Shown: positions 28,455 through 36,321 of the stretch, piece after piece | Layout of the letters: every line of letters begins with the position of its first letter | Position numbering within the stretch: the stretch's first letter is position 1 | IMG/VR virus record: IMGVR_UViG_3300022539_000516 | Direction: 5' to 3' (one strand) | Length of the DNA: 48,954 nt | Source: a virus | The notes under the pieces: generated by a model | What the model was told of the DNA's origin: nothing | Database searches by the model: none | Seen by the model: the letters and a program-made list of their open reading frames with translations, nothing else | Translations under genes and position numbers: made by a program

Positions 28455-29158
28455 TGGTAGATAAAATAAACAACTTTAGAATAGAACTTAGCAATGTTTG
28501 CAATATGTCAAAATATCATCTTAAATGTCCTTTTAATTTAGATGTAGAAAGGGAACACTTGCCAATAAAGTTTGTCGAGAAAGTAATTAAAGAATTAAGC
28601 AACTTAGGCTATAGGAATGAAATAGGTTTTCATACTTTCAATGAACCCTTTCAAGACCCACGGTTATATTATATCTTATCATATACAAGAGAGCTTTTGC
28701 CAGACAATACAATTCTTCTGTGGACAAATGCAATGAATTTAACAAAGACTCTTATTGAGGATTTTAAAGAGTTTGGTAATATAAGGTACATTATTAGTGT
28801 ATATAATCAAAGAATATTTAACAAGATAGGTGATTTTAGGGGTACTGGAGAATCTTTTGAAATCCTTGATTATCGTTCAGAACATAATAATCAGGATGAT
28901 AGATTGCAAATTTATTATATGCCAGAAATTAATTTAAAAAAGAAATGTTTTGCTCCGTATCATCAAGTAATAATTAGTTATCAAGGGGATGTTAGTCTAT
29001 GTTGTTTTGATTGGAATAGAACAATTACATTTGGCAATATAAAAGATAGTGAGCTGGCAGGAATTTTAGTATCAAAAAAGATGATTGATGCTTACAAGAA
29101 TCTCAGTAACGGTGATAGAGTATTTGATGTTTGTAAGAGATGTTGTTGGAGTAGATAA
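28451..29158 (+). CDS. Radical SAM / SPASM(twitch)-like protein with atypical cluster motif
   Basis: IELSNVCNMSKYHLKCP, FNEP, WTNA, CFAPY..GDVSLCCFDW..FGNI..CKRC. Confidence 0.8.
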   Translation: MMVDKINNFRIELSNVCNMSKYHLKCPFNLDVEREHLPIKFVEKVIKELSNLGYRNEIGFHTFNEPFQDPRLYYILSYTRELLPDNTILLWTNAMNLTKTLIEDFKEFGNIRYIISVYNQRIFNKIGDFRGTGESFEILDYRSEHNNQDDRLQIYYMPEINLKKKCFAPYHQVIISYQGDVSLCCFDWNRTITFGNIKDSELAGILVSKKMIDAYKNLSNGDRVFDVCKRCCWSR

Positions 29159-29166
29159 GGAGGCGC

Positions 29167-29319
29167 ATGATGGATTTTGAAGGATTTTTGGATAAATATG
29201 GAACTTGGATTCCTATTACATTAATTGGAATAGTTGTTACAGGGACTATTATTCTAAAGACTCGGCAAAAGAAACAGGAAGAATTGAAACAAATAAAGGA
29301 AGAGTGGGGTTCGCCATAA
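29167..29319 (+). CDS. Small single-TM protein (50 aa; not in the ORF track)
   Basis: AAGGAGG RBS; WIPITLIGIVVTGTIIL followed by basic residues. Confidence 0.6.
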   Translation: MMDFEGFLDKYGTWIPITLIGIVVTGTIILKTRQKKQEELKQIKEEWGSP

Positions 29320-29343
29320 TTTGAAAAACCATAAAGAGATAAT

Positions 29344-29469
29344 ATGAAAGGCTTAATAAAACTTGGAGTAATAGGTTTAGTTGTTTTCCTGGGATTCAAG
29401 TGGTTGAGTGGAAAAGGTTCTGCCTGGGCACAGGGGCAGGTAGAAAAGGTAGAGAAAGGAAAATTTTAA
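29344..29469 (+). CDS. Small single-TM protein (41 aa; not in the ORF track)
   Basis: MKGLIKLGVIGLVVFLGFKWL. Confidence 0.5.
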   Translation: MKGLIKLGVIGLVVFLGFKWLSGKGSAWAQGQVEKVEKGKF

Positions 29470-29481
29470 AAGGAGGAAGAA

Positions 29482-30105
29482 ATGCCGCAGAGAGGGAATT
29501 TACAATTGTTGAAGAAGAAGTGGGACGGGGCTATGAAGGAATTCATCAATGATGTAGAGGGTATGGAATTTGAAGGAGAAGAAGGTGAAAGATGGATTGG
29601 CCTTGTTACAGATAAAAAGAAATTTGAAAAAAAGATTATTAATTTTCTATTTGATAAATGGATGATAGATGAATTATGGGATTTATTTAGAGAAAGAGTT
29701 GATATTCCGAGCAGGTCTTGGGGTATCGAAAAATATGTTACAGTAGAAAAAGGAGAAGAGGTTTCTAAGCCTTATACTGTGAGAAAATTTAGAGCAAGAC
29801 GAAAAAAGGTAAGAGAAAAAGCCGGAGTAAAAAGAAACCTTCCAGAAGATGATGCCGTTGAGTTTACTGTACTTGATTATGATGAAAAATTGGGTAGTAT
29901 TGAGGGTACTTATGAATTTAAGGGGTGTAAAGGAGAATGGCAGGATTACGAAGAACAGGCAATGGATATTGAGCAAGCTTCAGGTCTATCTGACGAAGAT
30001 TTTGAAATAGTCAGCGATATTTTACATCAGGCAAGTCCTATGTTTAATGATGAATTTAGAAAAGCGAGGCGTGGTGTACCGTGGAAGATTTATTTGGAAG
30101 AATAA
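29482..30105 (+). CDS. Two-module hypothetical protein
   Basis: Leader MPQRGN; KRNLP junction; DKKKFEKKIINFL resembles DKDRFEKSLLRFI in 13046. Confidence 0.6.
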   Translation: MPQRGNLQLLKKKWDGAMKEFINDVEGMEFEGEEGERWIGLVTDKKKFEKKIINFLFDKWMIDELWDLFRERVDIPSRSWGIEKYVTVEKGEEVSKPYTVRKFRARRKKVREKAGVKRNLPEDDAVEFTVLDYDEKLGSIEGTYEFKGCKGEWQDYEEQAMDIEQASGLSDEDFEIVSDILHQASPMFNDEFRKARRGVPWKIYLEE

Positions 30106-30142
30106 CTTTTAAATTTCAACCCTTTAACCGTAGGAGGTAAAA

Positions 30143-30850
30143 ATGGGTTGGGGACTCAGAAGAGTAGCAATAGATGAAGTGCTTGCCAACGAAGTAGCGC
30201 AAGCAGACCCACCAACTTTCGCAGACTGGGATTATAACAGAGAGTATGATTTAGGTGCGGAAGAACTTCCGTGGTGGGCAGGATTGGTAGGAATAGGACA
30301 ATGGGGAAGAACACCCAGACGAAGACGTGCTGTGATGCCAGTAGACCCGGAGACTTTTGCGGAGGTTGGACAAGTAGACCCACCAACTTTTGCGGGATTT
30401 AGATTCCCTAAAGTAATACCAAGAATGCCTAGAGGAGTACCAGGCGGAAGATTGCCTGGGGGAATAATAGTAAGACCACCTCGAATGCCAAGGATACCTG
30501 CAAAGATGATATTGAGCACAAGATATTCCATAATCGCTAATGTGCGGGATACTATGATTGATAAATTCGAGAAATATCTTCTAAAGGGTGGCGGAAGGAT
30601 AATGATGTTCAATGATGTCGGAACAGGATATGAAGTCGGCGCATATAATGTTACTCCGGCGATTTTGAATATTTTTAAGAGAGCTGGAATTCCTGTAAAA
30701 ATAGTATTCAAGTATTCAGTTCCTATTAAACCGAAGATGAGAATTGGAGTTCCTAGAAAACCAGTACAAGAAAGAGTTTATGGTGGTTCTAGTTGGCGAG
30801 CACCTGTTGCACGTGTACAAAGAGCATACGCAAGAGCAATCACTAGATAA
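30143..30850 (+). CDS. Putative virion protein with acidic GxG-bearing N-terminus and basic Pro/Arg-rich C-terminus
   Basis: AGGAGG RBS; GIGQWG; duplicated EVxQxDPPTFA. Confidence 0.5.
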   Translation: MGWGLRRVAIDEVLANEVAQADPPTFADWDYNREYDLGAEELPWWAGLVGIGQWGRTPRRRRAVMPVDPETFAEVGQVDPPTFAGFRFPKVIPRMPRGVPGGRLPGGIIVRPPRMPRIPAKMILSTRYSIIANVRDTMIDKFEKYLLKGGGRIMMFNDVGTGYEVGAYNVTPAILNIFKRAGIPVKIVFKYSVPIKPKMRIGVPRKPVQERVYGGSSWRAPVARVQRAYARAITR

Positions 30851-31766
30851 TCTCTTTTATCTTTTTTAGTATGTCTGGCATTCTTGCTTCAGCGTAGACT
30901 TCGGTGGTAGTAACCGATGCATGTCCTAAAAGTTTCTGTATATATTGTATTTGAACGCCTTTAGATACAAGGTCAGTTGCGAAGGTATGCCTTAGTCTAT
31001 GGAGAGTAAAATCAACGCCTGAATCTTCACGCAACTTTTTTGCCAACTTAACAAGCCATGAAATCTTGTTTACTTTAGCTCTGGTGGGGAATACATAGTC
31101 GTTATTGGATAACATGCCAATATATTTTTTCAATTCATTTTGGGCAGATTTGGAAGTGATGAATGTGATTCTTTCTTTGTTACCTTTTCCTTTAACTAAT
31201 AATTGCAAAACATTGTCAACTGTAGTAAAATCTTTTTTCCGAACTTCAAGTACCTCACTTGCTCGGAGACCACCATATAGCATTAAAAGTATAGCTATGC
31301 GGAACTTTGGTTCAACTTCTGTAGCTAAAATTGTAACTACATCTTTTTCTTCTAAGTATCTTGGGTGTCTTTTGGGAACTTTGAAGAAATATTTTCGTTT
31401 TACTTCAAGAAAAGGATTTTCAGCTTCTTTGCGGTTTTCGTAGTAAGAAAGAAATGACCTGACAGCACATATTATTTGGTTTAATGTAGCTGGAGATAAA
31501 TTGTCCTCTCGTTCTTTACGGGTTAGAAAATCTCTGAATTTCCAGATATCTTCAAGTTTTAGTGTTTTCCAGTTGTAATACTTTCCTTCTGGATGGATAT
31601 GTTTGATAAAATAAACAAAATAAGTTCTGAGTCTACTTCTATAGTTTTGTTGTGTATTTAAATTAGGAATATCATTGATGAAGGTATCTACTTTTAGTTC
31701 AAGTTCTGTGGGTTCTTCTTTCTTTTCTTCTGGTGGATTGTCTGAAATCTTTCTAAGTTTAAACAT
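30843..31766 (-). CDS. Tyrosine recombinase/integrase (XerC/D-like)
   Basis: SAM-like N-domain (LSPATLNQIICAVRSF); catalytic set GLRASE, KGKGNKER, HRLRHTFAT, LLGH and TTEVY. Confidence 0.93.
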   Translation of the reverse strand: MFKLRKISDNPPEEKKEEPTELELKVDTFINDIPNLNTQQNYRSRLRTYFVYFIKHIHPEGKYYNWKTLKLEDIWKFRDFLTRKEREDNLSPATLNQIICAVRSFLSYYENRKEAENPFLEVKRKYFFKVPKRHPRYLEEKDVVTILATEVEPKFRIAILLMLYGGLRASEVLEVRKKDFTTVDNVLQLLVKGKGNKERITFITSKSAQNELKKYIGMLSNNDYVFPTRAKVNKISWLVKLAKKLREDSGVDFTLHRLRHTFATDLVSKGVQIQYIQKLLGHASVTTTEVYAEARMPDILKKIKEII

Positions 31767-31779
31767 GGCTTCACTCTCT

Positions 31780-31808
31780 ATAATAAATCATTATAAGCGA
31801 TTTGTCAA
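31780..31808 (-). promoter_or_regulatory. Sigma70-type promoter for the recombinase
   Basis: On the minus strand TTGACA-N17-TATTAT lies just upstream of the ATG. Confidence 0.6.
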
Positions 31809-32251
31809 GGGGTAGGATAAAAATAAAAGGAGGTATAATGGAACTAGAAGAATTGTTTGACAAGTTTGAAGTAAATAGCTCGCAGAAACAAGAAATTTTA
31901 GAAGAAATATCTTTGTTGTCAAAAGATTTCTTAGAGCATTTACATGACGGAGTTGTTGATATTAAATCAAACGAAGCATTTGGAACTGTAGAGTATTCAT
32001 GTATGAGACTTATAAAAAATTGTATAACTGCTTTAATAGATGAAGACAAAGACAAAGATGAAGAACAATATATTGGATTTGTAAATATACTTATTATAGC
32101 TTCTGTGATTATATTTCTTTTACGTCCACCAAACATTATACAAGCAAAGGAAAATGTGGAATATCTAATTAGCAATGATTTAGATAGATTAATTAAAAAG
32201 ATAAATCTAGGTGAAGCACCTTCAATGTTTTATGAAAAAGAAGAAGAATAA
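31802..32251 (+). CDS. Hypothetical helical protein
   Basis: The likely start is ATG 31838 after AGGAGG. Confidence 0.55.
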   Translation: MSRGRIKIKGGIMELEELFDKFEVNSSQKQEILEEISLLSKDFLEHLHDGVVDIKSNEAFGTVEYSCMRLIKNCITALIDEDKDKDEEQYIGFVNILIIASVIIFLLRPPNIIQAKENVEYLISNDLDRLIKKINLGEAPSMFYEKEEE

Positions 32252-33808
32252 ATGAACCTCTACGCCTTTGATTGCGACGGTACTCTTGAACACGGTGGAG
32301 GACCGATAGGATTAAGAACTCTAAAGAGATTAGAGAAACAGGGACATATTGTTGTAATTGTTTCTGACTCTCTGAGCTGTAAGTGTTTGTGGAATACTGT
32401 TTTTCCATATATATCAGGCGCAGAGGAAGGATTAAGTAGAACTAAATCTAGAAAGAGAGCATTATTGAGAACAAAAAAAGAATACGAAGATTGTGATAGG
32501 TATATCTATGTTAGTGATGACCCCGGAGACCATAAGATAGCTGATAAGACAGGGTATGAATATATACATCCGGATGATTTTGCAAGACAGAATCCTAGGA
32601 GAAATATAGAAAAGAAAGAAAAAGAAATAATACAATCATATATAAAAAGATGGACAGAATATATTTCTTATGAAGACGTATTCGAATCATCAACAGAACA
32701 TGGATTTTATGGTTTCATTGATAAATATGGCAAACTATTATGGAGAAAGCGTGAACATGGAGATTTTATACGAGGACTTCTTCGTAAAATTTTAGATAAA
32801 GAACATGTAGATTATGCAGACTTGCCTGAGTTATATGAAGTATTCTTTAGAAAAACTAAACTTATAAGAGCAGATTTTATACCAGGAGAAGAATTTGATA
32901 TATCAATATGGGGCAAAATAAATATAAATCAAATTAAGACTATTGTAAAATTTGCCGATGCATGTAATAAATTCTATTTTGATATATTTTTGCAATCTGA
33001 AAATGTAAGCGTAGGAGGTGAAGGTTTTTATAAGTTTATAGATAAAATGAGAAAATATGATTTGATACCCAGAACATTTGTATTGAGAAATCCTAGGAGA
33101 AATAATAGCAATAAAAGAAAAATCTTAGCTATTGCCAGAAGAGTAAAGACTCTTCTTAGAAAGACTGATAAGTTTGTTGATTGTATAGTAATATCTGAGA
33201 CTCTGACATATTATTTACGAAAGGCTGGTTTTAACGCCAAAACAATAGAAGGTTGTTTTATAACGGATTATTTGCCAATAAAGTATAAAAAAATAGCGCA
33301 AAGTTATAGAAAAAGATTTAAAAGAAAACCATGTTATTTATATAAAAATGACCATTGGTGGGTAGAAGTTGATGGAGATATAATTGATTTAGACGCAAAA
33401 CAATTTGATTTATTAATGAAAGTAAAAGCTAAGAGTATTGAGTATCCAGCTAATCCTGAACATTATGGAACATTGAAGAGATATACTAAACTTGATGGGA
33501 ATTATAATTATGTAATTAAAGAAAACCCAAGGAGGAATAAAATGAGACACAGAAGAAATGTAAAATTTGAGGTTAAACGGGACGAAAAAGGAACATGGGG
33601 AATATGGGACTACGAAATAGATGGTTGGTATACGAATAGAATACCTACCAGAGAACAAGCAGAAATAGAGAAGAAAAAAATTATTGCGGAAACAGTAGTA
33701 TGGGAAGGTGTGCGTGATAGATTTGATGCCTTTACAGAGGAACTCGTTGATGAATTTGGGGTTTCAATGTCAGAGATATTACAAATAATTAAAGAAGTGA
33801 TGCCATAA
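32252..33808 (+). CDS. Four-module polyprotein-like protein: HAD-like hydrolase, repeated GxIxxxG domain, transglutaminase/papain-like Cys-His-Asp module, small module
   Basis: FDCDGTL (HAD motif I); QNPRRN, RNPRRN and ENPRRNKMRHRRN junctions; DCIVISETL..HWWVEVDGDIIDL..QF. Confidence 0.75.
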   Translation: MNLYAFDCDGTLEHGGGPIGLRTLKRLEKQGHIVVIVSDSLSCKCLWNTVFPYISGAEEGLSRTKSRKRALLRTKKEYEDCDRYIYVSDDPGDHKIADKTGYEYIHPDDFARQNPRRNIEKKEKEIIQSYIKRWTEYISYEDVFESSTEHGFYGFIDKYGKLLWRKREHGDFIRGLLRKILDKEHVDYADLPELYEVFFRKTKLIRADFIPGEEFDISIWGKININQIKTIVKFADACNKFYFDIFLQSENVSVGGEGFYKFIDKMRKYDLIPRTFVLRNPRRNNSNKRKILAIARRVKTLLRKTDKFVDCIVISETLTYYLRKAGFNAKTIEGCFITDYLPIKYKKIAQSYRKRFKRKPCYLYKNDHWWVEVDGDIIDLDAKQFDLLMKVKAKSIEYPANPEHYGTLKRYTKLDGNYNYVIKENPRRNKMRHRRNVKFEVKRDEKGTWGIWDYEIDGWYTNRIPTREQAEIEKKKIIAETVVWEGVRDRFDAFTEELVDEFGVSMSEILQIIKEVMP

Positions 33809-33818
33809 AGAATTAAAT

Positions 33819-34754
33819 ATGCAAAATTCAACAATATACAAAACATTCAACTTTGCACTCAATCTTGTTGAGGAACAAGGTTTTCCTATAAGCAACTACT
33901 ATTTACCTGAAAATAAAGTTGGAAAGTTTAGCATTAAACACAGATGGTATAAAAAGGAGGAAATTTTAGATGTTGTTAATATGAAAATGGCTATATTAAC
34001 AGGAGCAAAACCGTCAAAAGTAAAACTTGATAAAGACTGGATGGCACTTAATCTTTTTAAGGATAAACAGGGATTATTGATGTCGACTCACCCTGTTGAG
34101 ACATTTACTCATTTATATCCAATATATGAATCTTGGGGAGATGTTCTTGTTGGAGGATTAGGATTGGGATACATTGTTAATGAGATGGCTAAGAATGGTT
34201 CAGTAGATTCAATAGTAGTTATTGAAAAAGAGAAAGATATTATTAAATTAGTAGAAGATGGATTAATGAATAGTATAGATGATATAAACGATGATATGTT
34301 TAATGATAGAGACGACGAGGTAGAAGTAACTATAATACATGATGATATATTTAATTTTGTCAAAAGAACTAAGATGAAATTCGATTTTATGTACTTTGAT
34401 ATATGGTATGAAACAGAACAAGAGGATTTTTATGATTATGTTCTTCCTTTGAGGATGTTATCAAGAAGATTGTTAACTCATGGAGATAGTATAAATGTAC
34501 GAAAATATAATATTATATGTTGGATGGAAGAAATAATGAGAGGAGTATTATTGATACATACAGTAGCTACAAAAATGATGAACGAATTAAGTAATAAGTA
34601 CAATGCCGTTTTGAAAGCTGGTAGATTTACTAAAAAATATCATAGACTTTTTATTGATTTTGTTGACGAATATGGATTAGAAGAATTAGAAGATATGTCA
34701 GCAGAAGAATATCAAAAATTAGCTAATGAGTTTGTGTTGAATTATAAGGTGTAA
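33819..34754 (+). CDS. SAM-dependent methyltransferase, spermidine-synthase-like fold
   Basis: GDVLVGGLGLGY, VVIEKEKD, IHDDIF and FDFMYFDIW motifs. Confidence 0.75.
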   Translation: MQNSTIYKTFNFALNLVEEQGFPISNYYLPENKVGKFSIKHRWYKKEEILDVVNMKMAILTGAKPSKVKLDKDWMALNLFKDKQGLLMSTHPVETFTHLYPIYESWGDVLVGGLGLGYIVNEMAKNGSVDSIVVIEKEKDIIKLVEDGLMNSIDDINDDMFNDRDDEVEVTIIHDDIFNFVKRTKMKFDFMYFDIWYETEQEDFYDYVLPLRMLSRRLLTHGDSINVRKYNIICWMEEIMRGVLLIHTVATKMMNELSNKYNAVLKAGRFTKKYHRLFIDFVDEYGLEELEDMSAEEYQKLANEFVLNYKV

Positions 34755-34755
34755 A

Positions 34756-36315
34756 ATGGAGCGCAAAAAGAATTTTAAGTATTCACCACGTGAAGTTGAA
34801 AGTGCTTTGTATGGTTGTTGGGACGAAGTATTTACTATATATTCTCCAGAGCCAATAGATATTGCTTTAAAAAGGCATTTGTATTTTTCCGGTTGGATTA
34901 ATTTAGATGGTACATTATTAAGCAGTAAAGGAGAACATTCAGAAGGATTAAAATGTATACTTAGGGAACTTGGAGAAAAAGAGCAAAATGAATTTTATAT
35001 GTATGGTGACAATATAATAGATTTGTTCATGCAAGTGACTGGAATTATTAGAATGAAGTGGGATGAAAAAGATGATGTATCAAGAGTTTTGATGAGCATA
35101 GAAAATAAAATTACAAAAGAACAATGGTATACAATTAGAAGAATATATAAAGATTTTGATGAGTTTAATTATGAAATAAGTTATATCAATAAATCGGGTT
35201 GGGGGAGTAATTTGTGGAAACTAAAAGCATTTTTGGAGAAATATGATATGATAATAGATTCTAGCAAACAAAACCCAAGGAGGAATAAAATGAGACATAG
35301 GATAAATCCGAGAGTAAAGGATAAAATGAGCAAAAAAGAGATAAAGGCATTAAAGGACGTATGGGAGACATTTAGAGATACTGGTGAGAAAATGGCAATA
35401 AGAAATAAAACTGAATATTTGCGAAACTATAAAAGTTTAGAACGGAAGAAACTTGTGACTGTATATCAATGGCAATATACGTGGAGTATTGGATTAACAG
35501 AGAAAGGAAAAGAAATTGGTGATATATTATTTTTGTACTCTAATACGAGTAAAAATCTACAAAACCCAAGGAGGAATAAAATGAGACATAGAAGAACGAT
35601 AGGCAATCCTACCAGGACTGAAAAGTATTATAGTATTATTAGAGAAGAAGGAGAAAGAATGATTATACAACCTCCTCTTCGAGAAGATGGTTTTCATATG
35701 TTAGTTAATGAAAAGTCCAGTATAGCATACTCAACAGGAGACAAACGTGACCTGATTGCTGATATGCAAGACCTTGTTGATAATCGTGGATGGGAATGGG
35801 AAAGTAGAGGTAGAAAGAGGAGAAATGTGCAAAAGGTTTCCATCAAGACTGCCCGGAATGAGTATGAAGAACCTCTTGAGCCGGACGAAGAAGATGTTAT
35901 CATCAGCTATACAGATGAAATATTTAGTGGGTCTGAGTATATAGGTAAAGCTAGTGATTGGGAAATCCAGGTTAAGTTGATTCAGGAGTGGATGAAAGGA
36001 GAAGGTTTTTATCCCAACGTGTGGCAGCTAAGTGACCATGGGAATTATCATCTAATTAGAGACTTTCCGCATCCGGAAAGTAGAGGTGGAAGATATAAGA
36101 GAAATCCTTCCAGAACAACAGAAAAATCTTTGCGTGAGTGGGTTCAACATTTAGCAGACTCAGGTGTAAATATTACAATAGAATGGGCTTATGGACAACC
36201 CAGATGTTATAGTAAAGAAGGTCGTGGGCTGAAAGAATTATCTCCACGACTTCCAACTGGACAGATGGCAATATGGCTTGACGGGTTTACGAAAGGGTTA
36301 AATGTAGCAGAATAA
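34756..36315 (+). CDS. Five-module polyprotein-like protein
   Basis: Leader MERKKN; two NPRRNKMRHR junctions, then KRRN and KRNP; first module is the repeated GWIxxDG domain; second is winged-helix-like. Confidence 0.72.
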   Translation: MERKKNFKYSPREVESALYGCWDEVFTIYSPEPIDIALKRHLYFSGWINLDGTLLSSKGEHSEGLKCILRELGEKEQNEFYMYGDNIIDLFMQVTGIIRMKWDEKDDVSRVLMSIENKITKEQWYTIRRIYKDFDEFNYEISYINKSGWGSNLWKLKAFLEKYDMIIDSSKQNPRRNKMRHRINPRVKDKMSKKEIKALKDVWETFRDTGEKMAIRNKTEYLRNYKSLERKKLVTVYQWQYTWSIGLTEKGKEIGDILFLYSNTSKNLQNPRRNKMRHRRTIGNPTRTEKYYSIIREEGERMIIQPPLREDGFHMLVNEKSSIAYSTGDKRDLIADMQDLVDNRGWEWESRGRKRRNVQKVSIKTARNEYEEPLEPDEEDVIISYTDEIFSGSEYIGKASDWEIQVKLIQEWMKGEGFYPNVWQLSDHGNYHLIRDFPHPESRGGRYKRNPSRTTEKSLREWVQHLADSGVNITIEWAYGQPRCYSKEGRGLKELSPRLPTGQMAIWLDGFTKGLNVAE

Positions 36316-36321
36316 ACAGGT

